Shown here piece after piece: positions 53,098 to 64,000 of a stretch of DNA of 64,000 nucleotides. The DNA comes from Eledone cirrhosa. Taxonomy: Eukaryota. The stretch lies in assembly GCA_964016885.1 (NCBI GenBank), contig OZ024757.1, positions 37,696,001 through 37,760,000 on the forward strand. Direction: 5' to 3'. The position numbers and the translations under genes were made by a program. Below the pieces are notes generated by a model that saw only the letters and a list, made by a program, of their open reading frames with translations, had not been told where the DNA came from and did no database searches. Positions within the stretch are counted from its first letter, which is position 1. The number at the start of each line of letters is the position of its first letter.

Positions 53098-55197
53098 ATG
53101 GCTACCAAAAAAAAAAAATTTCATACGTCACTCCCACTCATTCCGTCTTCTTCTTCCTCAATCATCACTACAGGAGAGAGAAGATTGTCTCTCTCCCTCC
53201 CTTCTTTAAATGTGTCTCTCTCCCTACCTTCTCTTTCGCAAGCGACGAAAGAAAAGAAAAGTCTCGTGCAAAGCGTGCAAGGTTTCTCCACGACGACGAC
53301 GACAGCGACGAAACAGGTGTGCGGGAAATACGAAAACCCAGTTCATTCGTCTGACGTCAGGAATAATAGCAGTAGCAGCCGTAATAACAACAGCAACAGT
53401 GACAATGAAAACAACAGTAGCAGCCGCAACAGCATCACCAGCAGCATAAACAACAACACCATTAGCAGCAGCAACACCAACAACAACCACAGCAACAGCG
53501 GCGGAGGCAGTAGTCGTAGTACCTGCAGCAACAACAAAAGTACCAGCAGCTCTGACGACAACAACAACAGCAGAGAAAAACCAATCTCATTTGCAGGTAT
53601 TGCGAAAAACCTGGAAACAATCCTCATAACAAATGAGGAATTAGAGGAAGCGAAGAAGATGGTGACAAAGAACGGACACCGAGCAATCTGCAAGGCAGCG
53701 AAAAATTTTTTCGAAACCCAAGAGCACTGTACGGTCACGTACCGTACAGTAAGTACAAAATCCCGTAGGGTGGAAAGAGCCACAGAGGCCCAAATACAAA
53801 AAGCCTTGGGGTCTGTGTGGCAGAGGAAAACGCACATCACCCGAGGCAAAAAATACGCCACCGTAGACGTACTTTTTGCCACACCCCAGGAGGCAAAGGC
53901 CCAATCAGTAGTGACCCTAAGGAGCGAGGAAATGGTGTTGGTGCCCTCCTACTGCGGGCAAAAAATTGTGAGGGTCAAACTGACCCACGTCCCCCCCGGA
54001 ATGACCCCTTCTTGGCTGGCCGCGTCTGTCCTCGTCGGAATCGAGGACAAAACAACTGTACTGCAAGTACAGAAAAAAGTAAGAGAAGATTGGGTCGGCT
54101 CCTCCATTGAGATGCTAATACAAACCAACCAGGAGTGCATCGAAGCTATCCCGGATGTGATAGACTTCGATAACGGCACTCAACTGCCCATAAGTGTTGA
54201 GGGCAAACGCCCGAAATGCTTTCGCTGTGGATCGAAGACTCACCTCAGGGCCTTCTGCAACGAGAAGACCCTGAGAAAGGAGAAAACCCCCCTCCTCCCG
54301 AATCCGGTTCCACGGCTACCAGCAACAGGACAAGCGGCAACCAGGAACGATAGGTCCGTGGCACCCATACCCACTCCACGGAAATCAAAGACAGCAGCAG
54401 CAGTGGAAATATTAACAACAACAACAGCAATACCAAATGCAGCTGCAACAGAGACTCCAGTGCAAACATCACCAACAACAACAAGTGAAAGAGTGGAGCT
54501 GGTACCCCTCCCCGACCTTACAGAATCAGACATGGAGTGTGAGGTGGGAGAGGGATGGCAAAAGGTCTCAAGAAGGCACAAACGCAGAAGCAGCGCATCG
54601 TCGCCTTTGAAAAGGGAGGAAAGAAATGAGAAAAGGGTAAAGTCTACTGCAAAGAGACCCACAGCAGCAACACCACCAACACCATCACCACCCACACCAG
54701 CACCACCATCACCACCGGCGACAACCCCACCGCCAACAACACCTTCAACACCACCACCACAAGCACCAACATCGCAAACACAACAACAAAACACACACAC
54801 CCAGCAACAACGACAAGAAAATAGCAGAACCACACCCCACCCCCAGAAAAACAAATGCACGGCAATAAACACACACAACAAGAAACTAATGACTTACATA
54901 ATTGAACACACAGACATTTCACAACAGGACTACATAATACCAGCACCAATCAAAACGCCAACTAACATAAGACTGCTAAAAATAGCACAGAAACAATACA
55001 CAAACATTAAAACGAAATTCCCCAACGCAGTTGGTGATTTCAGGGACCTAGGAGGAACCATTAATCGAAGAGTATATTCAGACATTCTCTTAGAAGAGCC
55101 GACGACCAGCCGAAGGGACGATTCAACGGTCCCTTCACCAGACGATCAAGTGAAAAGGGATGTAAAAACCATCCCTCCTCTACCAAAAATACGGTAA
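53098..55197 (+). CDS. LINE ORF1 gag-like nucleic-acid-binding protein
   Basis: First ATG at 53098 (the track starts at an upstream TTG). CX2CX4HX4C knuckle CFRCGSKTHLRAFC, GWQKVSRR motif, low-complexity S/N and P/T tracts; lies directly upstream of ORF2. Confidence 0.88.
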   Translation: MATKKKKFHTSLPLIPSSSSSIITTGERRLSLSLPSLNVSLSLPSLSQATKEKKSLVQSVQGFSTTTTTATKQVCGKYENPVHSSDVRNNSSSSRNNNSNSDNENNSSSRNSITSSINNNTISSSNTNNNHSNSGGGSSRSTCSNNKSTSSSDDNNNSREKPISFAGIAKNLETILITNEELEEAKKMVTKNGHRAICKAAKNFFETQEHCTVTYRTVSTKSRRVERATEAQIQKALGSVWQRKTHITRGKKYATVDVLFATPQEAKAQSVVTLRSEEMVLVPSYCGQKIVRVKLTHVPPGMTPSWLAASVLVGIEDKTTVLQVQKKVREDWVGSSIEMLIQTNQECIEAIPDVIDFDNGTQLPISVEGKRPKCFRCGSKTHLRAFCNEKTLRKEKTPLLPNPVPRLPATGQAATRNDRSVAPIPTPRKSKTAAAVEILTTTTAIPNAAATETPVQTSPTTTSERVELVPLPDLTESDMECEVGEGWQKVSRRHKRRSSASSPLKREERNEKRVKSTAKRPTAATPPTPSPPTPAPPSPPATTPPPTTPSTPPPQAPTSQTQQQNTHTQQQRQENSRTTPHPQKNKCTAINTHNKKLMTYIIEHTDISQQDYIIPAPIKTPTNIRLLKIAQKQYTNIKTKFPNAVGDFRDLGGTINRRVYSDILLEEPTTSRRDDSTVPSPDDQVKRDVKTIPPLPKIR

Positions 55198-55232
55198 GTG
55201 GTCTTTCCCATCTTTTCCACTCTATTTTAAAC

Positions 55233-58200
55233 ATGACCTCACTCAGAATAGGCAGCATAAATGCGCGTGGCTTGGGGTCGTCATGGAAGCAGGGTCACCT
55301 GCTCAACGACCTCAGGTCACTAAACATAGATGTAGTGGCCATCAGCGAGACCAGAATCTCCGAAGCACGGGCCTTCGCACCGATCTTCGGCGGCTACGAT
55401 GTGTACGCATCTCCCAGCCGTCCTGGATCGGGTGGAGGAGTTGCTGTGCTTTTTCGGAGAGGTTTGGATCTCGCCATACGGGCCATCTTCCTGGACCCAG
55501 AGGGTAAGCTGGTGGTGCTGGACGTGACCAGCGGAGACGGGCAAGCTTTCAGGCTAGTGGCCGTCTATGCCCCGACAGGAGCAGGGCGGCCTGATTTCTT
55601 CCGGCGTCTGGAGACCTTTCTTGGAACGTCGCGCTCTTTAGTGTTAGTGGGCGACTGGAACGGGATCTTAGATGCACGCTGGGACTGTGTGGGATTAGCG
55701 GATAGGGGTGGAGGGTGCAAGAGCCTCACCAACCTGCTCAGGCGTTTTGAACTGTCTGACAGGTACCGATTGGATTTCCCGAATGTGCCAATGTGGACTT
55801 GGACAAACCGCATAGGGTCATCCAGATCATATCTAGATAGAGTATTTTGTAGGGAAATAGATAGGTCTAGCATAGGCTGTCCACAATTCAAGATAGTCAG
55901 CTACACGGACCACAAATTCGTGATCTGTGTGCTTGACTTAGATAGGCTTCATAGACGAGGACCCGGCTACTGGAAGCTAAACGCGTCCTTACCAGCGCGC
56001 AAGGCCTACAGAGACCGGATTAGCGAACTAGTTAAGCGGGCGTTGACGGGGGCCATCGTCAACAACAAGTGGTGGTTTGCTCTGAAAAGAGCGATTAGAA
56101 TAGAATCGATTAGGTTTAGTAAGGCTTTAGCAATAGAGAAAAATAGAGCAGAGGGAGAACTAGTTAGAAAATTAGACGAGGCGCTTAGCAAAGGCATTGC
56201 GACCGACGTGCTTGCGGCGAAATTGGCCCTTGACCAATTCTTCAATGCAAAGCACGAAGGCTGCGTTGTCAGAGCTAGGGTGCGTGCTCTCAGACACGAG
56301 GGGACGAAAGCCGTTCAATGGGCCCGAGTGGCGGAGGCGCGTCGTGGCAACAAAGCCACGATCCGGTCTTTGGTGGACCACGACGGGCGCATGCTACTCG
56401 ATCCCGGGCAAATGTGTGAAGCTTTTCAGCGACACTTCGCTCAGCTGTTCGGGGGCAGCGGGGGGCCGGGTAGAGGGATGGACTTTAGTGTCTACCTCGA
56501 CGGACTGCCGCGGCTCTCGGACACTGAGGCGAAGTGTTGCGAAAAGCCGATAACAGCCGCTGAAGTAAGGGAGGCAATGACTGGCTGCACAAGGGGTAAA
56601 TCGCCTGGTTTGGATGGTCTGCCCTATGAACTTTACGTACAGATGCCAGACTTGTTCGGAGGCCTCTTGGCGGACGTCTACTGCAACTGGCAACAGAACG
56701 GGAGAATTCCCAGTTCTGTGAGCCGAGGAGCGGTGGCACTGCTGAGAAAGGATCCGAACAAGGGGGATAACATAGACAATTTCCGGCCCATAACTCTGCT
56801 AAACACAGAGTTTAAGATTTTGGCCAAGGTGCTAGCAAAGAGGTTGGCGCTTGTCGTTGGTGGTCTGGTGGGAGAGGCGCAGACATGCGCCATTCCCGAC
56901 AGATCCATCCACGACAACCTCCACCTCATGCGATACATCGTAGAGAGGGTAGCTAGGGAACCTGGCACGGGTGGGTCCTTGATCAATTTAGATCAGTCGA
57001 AAGCTTTCGATAGGGTCGACCATCGTTACCTAGCGGCAGTCCTGAGGGCGGCTGGCTTTGGGCCCGTCTTCAGAGGCTGGATCGCTGCCATGCACAGCGA
57101 CATCTGCTCTGTGGTGAGAGTGAACGGTCACCTGTCGGAACCGTTCAACATCATGCGCTCGGTCCGCCAAGGATGTCCCCTCTCGTCCCTCTTGTACGTA
57201 TTGACTCTCGAGCCATTACTGCACAAACTGGAGACGTTGAGGGGAGTCCCGCGCGAACTAGGATGCGGAAGATCCGTGTCAGCATATGCGGACGATGTCA
57301 CCGTAGTGGTGTCGAACGCCAAACACATCGAGGCGATCGGCACTACACTAAGAGAATACGAAGCGGTGACAGGAGCAATGATCAACCAGGAAAAGTCAGT
57401 GGGCCTGCAGCTCGGCACCTGGAGAGGCAGGTCCATGCCGTCCAACAGCGTCGTCGGGCGCTGGACGGACGGACCGGTTAAATTGCTAGGGGTCTGGTTC
57501 GGTCCGGACCTCCAGACGGACAAAAACTGGGACGAGGTGACGAGCAGGGTGGCTTCTCTCACCCAGAAATGGGCGGAGAGGAAGCTATCCCTGAAAGGTC
57601 GAGCGGAGGTGGCTAACGCGTACATCGCGTCTGTCATCTGCTACCGCCTAACCGTCGTACCTTGTCCTAAGCCTCGCCTGACTGCGCTGGAGCGTTTGCT
57701 CTTTCGCTTTTTGTGGAAGGGACGTGCTCCGATGGTCAGGCGGTCCATCTGTTGTCAACACCCGCTACGTGGAGGGCTGGGCATGCCGTGGCTGATGATG
57801 CGCAGGCACGCGCTCAGGCTACGACATCTCCACCTCTTCCTCGACGGTGATCAGGTGTGGTCGCCGTTTGCTAGACGCGTTTTTCCCCAGCTCGTTTCCT
57901 TGACGGAGCTGCAGTCCTGGGTCAAGCGAAGACCGAGAGGGAGCGCCTGGAGACTGGAATGTCTTCAGGCGCTCACAGCCCTCGACCAATCGGGCAATGT
58001 GATCGGTGGAAACTCCACCTCGGCGTTCTATAGAGGATTAGTGGAGGGGAAGAGCGACGACGTACTTGGGGAAACTCTAGGCGTCGACGAAAATCAACTA
58101 GCCAATCTCTTCGGAAGAACCTTCGGGCCAGGGCCTATGGACAACTTCCAGAAATCTCTGGCCTGGCAGTGCTACCGAGGAGCCTTGCCAGTTCGGGATA

Positions 58201-58652
58201 AACTCTACAGGCATGGAGGTGCCGTCAGCCGGGCATGTCCGAGATGCGCGCAGGGCGACGAAACCGTCCTGCACGCACTCGTCCAGTGTCCGAAAATTGC
58301 TGACTTGTGGGTTTATGTCGAACACCTGCTGTCGCGTTTAGGACGGATCCAGCTATCATCTGAGTCTATCGTGAGGATTGCCCCGCCCTCCTCCTTTAGC
58401 CGGGAAGGGCAGGCAGTTTTTATCTGTCTGGTGGCCATGGCGAAAGAGATAGTATGGTGGACACGTTTGAAAGGGCTGAAGACGAGCACTTACCTCTTCG
58501 GTGATGCTCTGATTGACTTTTTCAAATTTCATTTGAAAAGGAAAATCAGAGTAGAGAAGGAAGTGCTCTCTTCCCAGCATTTTGTTGAAAGATGGGTGAG
58601 AGAAGCAAGAATGGCCCGAGTGAATGGGCCGACTCTGAGTATATATCTGTAA
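55233..58652 (+). CDS. LINE ORF2: APE endonuclease, reverse transcriptase and C-terminal zinc finger (Tx1/L1-like)
   Basis: APE motifs SINARGL, ISET, VGDWN, SYLDRVF, TDHK; RT motifs KSPGLDG, FRPITLLN, LDQSKAFDRVDH, RQGCPLS, YADD; Zn finger CPRC..ETVLHALVQC. Confidence 0.96.
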   Translation: MTSLRIGSINARGLGSSWKQGHLLNDLRSLNIDVVAISETRISEARAFAPIFGGYDVYASPSRPGSGGGVAVLFRRGLDLAIRAIFLDPEGKLVVLDVTSGDGQAFRLVAVYAPTGAGRPDFFRRLETFLGTSRSLVLVGDWNGILDARWDCVGLADRGGGCKSLTNLLRRFELSDRYRLDFPNVPMWTWTNRIGSSRSYLDRVFCREIDRSSIGCPQFKIVSYTDHKFVICVLDLDRLHRRGPGYWKLNASLPARKAYRDRISELVKRALTGAIVNNKWWFALKRAIRIESIRFSKALAIEKNRAEGELVRKLDEALSKGIATDVLAAKLALDQFFNAKHEGCVVRARVRALRHEGTKAVQWARVAEARRGNKATIRSLVDHDGRMLLDPGQMCEAFQRHFAQLFGGSGGPGRGMDFSVYLDGLPRLSDTEAKCCEKPITAAEVREAMTGCTRGKSPGLDGLPYELYVQMPDLFGGLLADVYCNWQQNGRIPSSVSRGAVALLRKDPNKGDNIDNFRPITLLNTEFKILAKVLAKRLALVVGGLVGEAQTCAIPDRSIHDNLHLMRYIVERVAREPGTGGSLINLDQSKAFDRVDHRYLAAVLRAAGFGPVFRGWIAAMHSDICSVVRVNGHLSEPFNIMRSVRQGCPLSSLLYVLTLEPLLHKLETLRGVPRELGCGRSVSAYADDVTVVVSNAKHIEAIGTTLREYEAVTGAMINQEKSVGLQLGTWRGRSMPSNSVVGRWTDGPVKLLGVWFGPDLQTDKNWDEVTSRVASLTQKWAERKLSLKGRAEVANAYIASVICYRLTVVPCPKPRLTALERLLFRFLWKGRAPMVRRSICCQHPLRGGLGMPWLMMRRHALRLRHLHLFLDGDQVWSPFARRVFPQLVSLTELQSWVKRRPRGSAWRLECLQALTALDQSGNVIGGNSTSAFYRGLVEGKSDDVLGETLGVDENQLANLFGRTFGPGPMDNFQKSLAWQCYRGALPVRDKLYRHGGAVSRACPRCAQGDETVLHALVQCPKIADLWVYVEHLLSRLGRIQLSSESIVRIAPPSSFSREGQAVFICLVAMAKEIVWWTRLKGLKTSTYLFGDALIDFFKFHLKRKIRVEKEVLSSQHFVERWVREARMARVNGPTLSIYL

Positions 58653-58912
58653 ACTAAAGGTGGAAAACTGGGAGAGGGCACTTGCCTTGGTGGTCAGGGT
58701 CATTGTGGCTTTTTACTGGGCTTTCTCCACAAATGTCCCTCCGAAGTCTCCCCCCTATTGGGGAATTTTTCATTGTTATTTTCATTGTTATTTTTGTTAC
58801 ATCCTCTGTTTTTGTTTTTTACACGCAGAAATGCCCATTTGTACCTGTCCTGTATTGTCCTGCACTGTCCTTAATGTCTACTTTATGTAAACCCTTGTGG
58901 TTAATAAAGAAA

Positions 58913-58943
<31 letters not shown>

Positions 58944-59335
58944 CATTATTATCTGTTATCGGCATGGGAAAAGACATTTTATCAATGAATTTAATTAAAT
59001 ATCACCATCCAAGTTATACGGTAAATAATTACATTATTTCCAGATTGGAAACTGCAGGTAGCGCTTTTGATAATCTCTCTGTGTGGTAAAGTAATTGCAG
59101 TCACGATTGATGGTGAACAATCTGGGGGTAACTGATTAGTTTTCGAGTCTTCATCGATTATCATTAAAGATTACTGCAGTAGATAAACTGCTCTGTCTTC
59201 TCGTGTGTGACCTCGTTGTGTTTGAGAGAAACTTACGTGAAATTACATTGTTTTATTAATGGCGAATTATGTGATTCAGTTTATTTAAAACGAAAGGACA
59301 AAGCTATTTAAATATTATGTAATTATTTATATATG

Positions 59336-59420
59336 GAGGCGAGTGGCTTTGGGGTTAGGGTATTCTGTTCACAATCGTAAGGTTGTGAGTTCGATTCCCG
59401 GCGGTGAGTTGTGTCCTTAA
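59336..59420 (+). mobile_element. 5' part of a CORE-type SINE
   Basis: B box GTTCGATTCC followed by GTTGTGTCCTT. Confidence 0.6.
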
Positions 59421-60030
59421 GAAGTAGTAGTAACAGCAGCAGTACTAGTAATAATAGAAGTAGTAGTAGTAATAGAAGCAAAGGTAGTAGTACTACTAAT
59501 AGTAGTAGTAGTATACTGGTAGTATTAGTAACAGCAGTAGTAGTAGTAGCAGCACCAGTAGTAGTAGTATGACTACTAATAGTAGTAGTAGTATACTGGT
59601 AGTATTAGGTAACAGCAGTAGAAGTAGTAGTAGCAGCACCAGTAGTAGTAGTAGTATTACTACTAATAGTAGTAGTAGTATAGTGTTAGAAGTAGTAGTA
59701 GTAGCAACAACAGCAATAGTAGAAGTAACAGCAATAGTAGCAGTAGTAGCAGCAGCAGTAGTAATAGTAGTAACAGCAATAGTAGCAGTAACAGCAGCAG
59801 CAATAGTAGCAGTAGCAGCAGTAGTAATAGTAGTAGAAGCAGTAATAGTAGTAGTAGTAGCAATAGTAGTAGTACTAATAATAGCAGTAGCAGCAATATT
59901 AGTAGTAGTAGTAGAATTAGTAGTAGTATAGTAGTAGTAACAACAGCAATACTAGTAGTAGTAGTAATTGTAACAGCAGTAGTAGTAGTAACATTAACAG
60001 CATTAGTTTTAATATAATAGTAGTAGTAGG
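59421..60030. repeat. Degenerate (AGT)n/(AGC)n microsatellite
   Basis: Direct inspection. Confidence 0.9.
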
Positions 60031-60350
60031 CACAACGTGATGACATAGCCAGTTAACATGTCATCCATTGTTGATGTGCTAATATCACTGTAACAGTAGA
60101 CACATATATCTCCGTGCTGGATGCAGTCCAGTGTGCTGATGTAATTTGCAACTGCACCATATAAAATGCAGTGCAGTGCAGCAGAGTGCAGTTAGTTTAT
60201 GTGTATGACTGTGACTTTTATAGTTTCACCAATTGATAAAGGGAAAGAATTTTATGGCTTTTATTTCATAGCTTGCAAACCTAACTCTGCTGATAGAGTA
60301 TCAAGTGAGGGAGGGTTTACTGAAATATGTACATATATATATATATATAA

Positions 60351-60395
<45 letters not shown>

Positions 60396-60510
60396 CACAT
60401 ATATACACACATATATGTATATATATATATATATAGATATAGATAGACATACACACAGATATATATATAATAAAATGTGGAGAGGAGTCACACGAGTTAG
60501 GATATATATA

Positions 60511-60644
60511 TATGAAAACAGGGAGAAAGAGACGATTATGAGGAAGAAAAATATATTTTTTTCCTTTTTTTTTTGAGAGACACAAAAAAAATAAAAATAT
60601 ATATTTTTCTTCCTCATAATCGTCTCTTTCTCCCCGTTTTCATA
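60511..60644. repeat. Inverted repeat with 45-bp arms (1 mismatch)
   Basis: 60511-60555 is the reverse complement of 60600-60644. Confidence 0.85.
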
Positions 60645-60821
60645 TATATGTAAGTATATATATATATATATATATACTTACATACATACCCTTCTGAGAT
60701 GGTATCAAGTATGTAAAATACGTCCGCCATTGTAAATATTAGAGTTTAGAGACGGCTCAGTGGTAAGTTGTTTATATGTAATGAGAATTTATGGAGATTT
60801 AATGAATATAAAATATATTAA

Positions 60822-61029
60822 CCCTTTAGCATTTACATTATTCTGTATATACTATTATATTTTCACGGTAAAAGCTTTACCTTACATACATATCTCACAT
60901 AATATCGAATCTGTGAGATTTTGATGTTATTTATTTTGAGTACAATACCTTAACATCAGTATGAGCAGCCAGATAAAGCCAGTTTGAACAGAAAGAGGTG
61001 AGAGAATTCTGGCCGGATATGCTAAAGGG
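60822..61029. mobile_element. piggyBac-like MITE
   Basis: TIR CCCTTTAGCAT/ATGCTAAAGGG flanked by TTAA at 60818-60821 and 61030-61033. Confidence 0.8.
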
Positions 61030-61336
61030 TTAAGAGAACACACAAAACTTTTCCTTCAATCCTTCCGTTAGCTTTTCTATTGTTTTTCCTTAGTTTCCTT
61101 CCTTCTTTCCAACATCATTATTTTATTCCGATGCAAGTTTCAGTCATTGGCTACGGGACATGCTGGGTCACTGCTTTCATGCGTTTTATTGTATTGTTTT
61201 GATTTTTACTGCATTTTATATGGTTATTCGTAGCATCAATCAAAATATATCGTAGTATTCCTATACATGCTCCTACCTGTGTGTATAGCCATACGCCTTC
61301 ACCCCCCTCTCTATCTCTCCCCCTCTCTCCCCTCTC

Positions 61337-61369
<33 letters not shown>

Positions 61370-61371
<2 letters not shown>

Positions 61372-61546
61372 CGAAGGAATTGTGGTTAGGAACCAGATGG
61401 ACCATAACGCACCAGAGTACTCAATACTTAGGATAGTAGAGTGGGTAATAGGAAAGAGTATGACCCCGACGGCAGAGCTCAAGCCGTTTCGACGGCTATT
61501 TCTGTCCAGAACGGCTTGAGCTCTGCCGTCGGGGTCATACTTTTTC

Positions 61547-61550
<4 letters not shown>
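61370..61550 (-). mobile_element. Half-hammerhead fold-back family copy with a central deletion
   Basis: Homologous to 35660-35855; palindrome at 61448-61550; flanked by (TA)n. Confidence 0.8.
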
Positions 61551-61599
<49 letters not shown>

Positions 61600-61879
61600 A
61601 GCTCGAACCCAGAACCACATTCTTCATAAGTTAGCGATGCTACAAAACGACATTAATCATAATTCCACAATGTCTAGAATAAAATTCGACGCAGCATATT
61701 TTAGTGTAGATCATTGACACACCGTTCTTGAGTGAGATAAGAAAACAAACAGGCAAAAGAAAACCTTTAAAATATCCATATACAACTCTATAATTTTAGA
61801 TCAATATACATTATATTGAACCTGTACATTTCAGAAATGTATGTCAACATTTTTTTTTATATATTTGTACATATATATT

Positions 61880-61941
<62 letters not shown>

Positions 61942-62978
61942 CAAATATTTACTCTTGATTGGCCAGAGGTGTTTATTTCCAGGTACCTTATGAATTTGAC
62001 TTTCCGTATTTATTACTGTTGTGAAATGTTGGGGTTTTTTTTGGTTGTAACTTCTCTGTTTTTTAGCCTAAGAAAATATATGTATGCCTATGTATATAAT
62101 TACATGCATACATTTATTTTCTTTAATTAATTGAGTTCTTTACACGAGGAATTGATATTAGTTTTGAAATAACTAATTAACCCGCGTGTGTTTTATATTT
62201 TACTCTTAATTCGGCCGGAGATTTACATTCCCATTTGCCCTTTAAAGCATAACTTTCTGTATTTACTGCGGTTATGAGATGCGGTTCTTATTCGGGTACA
62301 ACTTCTGATTTTAGTCTAAGAAAATATCTATATGCGTGTGTAATTTATACACGCATATATTTATTTTTTTATTTTCAATTGAGTTCTTAACACGTTGGAT
62401 TGATAATGTTTTCGAAAAGACTAATTAACCCGCGTGTATATTATTTTTTTTCTCCTTTCGTGGATCGTAGTTGTCTCCCCTTCCCGCTTCGTGTCGCTAT
62501 GATACTTCCTCAGTCAAAAACTGCTGGAATTCAAATTTCGCGGTCATTCGATGCGAGAAGGAGCAACTTAACAGACACGATATTTGACTGCGGTAAGAAT
62601 TTCTTTCTTATATCAAAGTTTAATGAGCTTCCACTGATGATTTATAAACGCCCACCTAAATATATTCTTACATGAATATATATCAGGCTTCTACATAAAC
62701 TGGAAATATTCTCCAAACTTGTAGAAAAATTATAATGAAACAATTGTTTGGAAAGAGAGATATAATTTAACTTTAATTATATCTCATAAAATAATACAAC
62801 TGGTTTTTCCACATTATACATATTGTTAGCACCCCAAACACTTAAATTGGGTTTATATTTAAATATAACCTAATGTTTGTTGAGTGAGATGGTTACCAGT
62901 CAGAGTTTAGCTTTAAACTATCTCTGTTATTGTATTAAATATACAAATATATATATATACTATACAAATATATATATA

Positions 62979-63250
62979 CTATCCGGGAGCTTCCAACAGA
63001 AATAGTCGCATTCTTTAAGGGTATATCAATATTTATTTATAAAACTGCTCTATATTATATTTTATCTGATGAAAGCACACCATAATAAACTTGGTCTCCT
63101 TGAAATATGTATAATGAAATAAATATGGTTTTATAAATATAGTTTCCATTTGTTAATATATCGTATTTTTACTCCAATAATTTGTTGAGTGCTTTATATC
63201 AGTTATAAAAATATTTGCTTGTATCCCAACAATTTAAATAGAACTTCTAC
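62979..63250 (+). mobile_element. ~272-bp (TA)n-flanked hammerhead-bearing element, copy 2
   Basis: Near-identical to 51155-51427. Confidence 0.8.
63058..63121 (+). ncRNA. Minimal type-I hammerhead ribozyme motif
   Basis: TATTTTAT-CTGATGA-AAGCACACCA(loop)TGGTCTCCTT-GAAA-T(ATGT)A-TA^ATGAAATA; one extra stem II mismatch relative to the 51234 copy. Confidence 0.75.
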
Positions 63251-63380
63251 ATATATATATATATACAAATATATATCTCTCTATATATAATATATAATAT
63301 ATATATATATATGCAAATATATATATATATATATGCAAATATATATGCAAATATATATATACAAATATATATATATATAT

Positions 63381-63417
<37 letters not shown>

Positions 63418-64000
63418 AAAAACTGATTAACCCGCGTGTATATTATTTTTTTCCTCCTATCGTGGATCGTAGTTATCTCCCCTTCCCGCTTAGTGACGCT
63501 ATAATACTTCCTCAGTCAAAAACTGCTGGAATTTCAAATTTGCCGGTCATTCGATGCGGGAGGGAGCAAGCTAAGACACGATTTTTAACTGCGGTAAGAA
63601 CATTTTTTTTTTCTCATATCAAAGTTTAATGGGCTTCCACTGATGATTTATAAACGCCCACCTAAATATATTCTTACATGAATGTATATTAGGCTTCTAC
63701 ATAAACGGGAAATATTCTCCGAATTTGTAGAAAACTTTTAATGAAACAATTGTTTGGAAAGAGAGATATATTTTAACTTTAATTATATCTCATAAAATGA
63801 TACAACTGGCTTTTCCACATAATACATATTGTTAGCACTCCAAACACTTAAATTGGGTTTATATTAAAATATAACGTAATGTTTGTTGAGTGAGATGGTT
63901 ACCAGTCAGAGATTAGCTTTAAACTATCTCTGTTATTGTATTAATAATTTATATACAAATATATATATATATATAAATATATATACACATATATATATAT

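Larger units (their letters stand above)
52885..58911 (+). mobile_element. Full-length L1/Tx1-clade non-LTR retrotransposon inserted in (ATT)n
   Basis: Two intact ORFs, AATAAA at 58903-58908, and a flanking direct repeat ATC(ATT)6 at 52864-52884 and 58912-58932. Confidence 0.93.
62412..63945. repeat. Direct duplication of ~530 bp (62412-62937 and 63415-63943)
   Basis: Colinear, highly similar sequences from ATTAACCCGCGTGTATATTA to CTCTGTTATTGTATTAA. Confidence 0.88.

Noticed and set aside
53210-58703. Short antisense and alternate-frame ORFs within the LINE
   Set aside because: Shadows of GC-rich coding sequence with no recognisable motifs.
62630-62720. CTGATGA in the 530-bp duplication (also ~63640) as a hammerhead
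   Set aside because: No convincing stem II-GAAA arrangement or stem I pairing.

Overview
This is an extremely AT-rich, repeat-dense animal window with no recognisable host gene. Its SINE families resemble those of octopus (inference). Long (TA)n, (TG)n and trinucleotide arrays account for almost all ORF-track entries, which are artefacts. The only intact genes belong to a full-length L1/Tx1-clade non-LTR retrotransposon (52885-58911): ORF1 has a CCHC knuckle and ORF2 has APE, RT and a Zn finger. It sits in an (ATT)n tract with a candidate 21-bp target-site duplication. Also present are CORE-type and Meta-type tRNA-SINEs, fragments of CR1-, RTE- and R4/Dong-like LINEs, MITEs and minisatellites. 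The most interesting signal is a set of short non-coding islands between (TA)n tracts that carry minimal type-I hammerhead ribozymes (10.7, 30.6, 51.2, 63.1 kb). They share fully covarying stems and a conserved C·C mismatch in stem II. Related features are an inverted hammerhead pair (29.8 kb) and a family of fold-back palindromes that keep only the 3' half of a hammerhead (35.7, 38.4, 50.8, 61.4 kb). Together these suggest a (TA)n-associated, ribozyme-bearing, Penelope/retrozyme-like non-autonomous system. All folds were made by eye and are untested.
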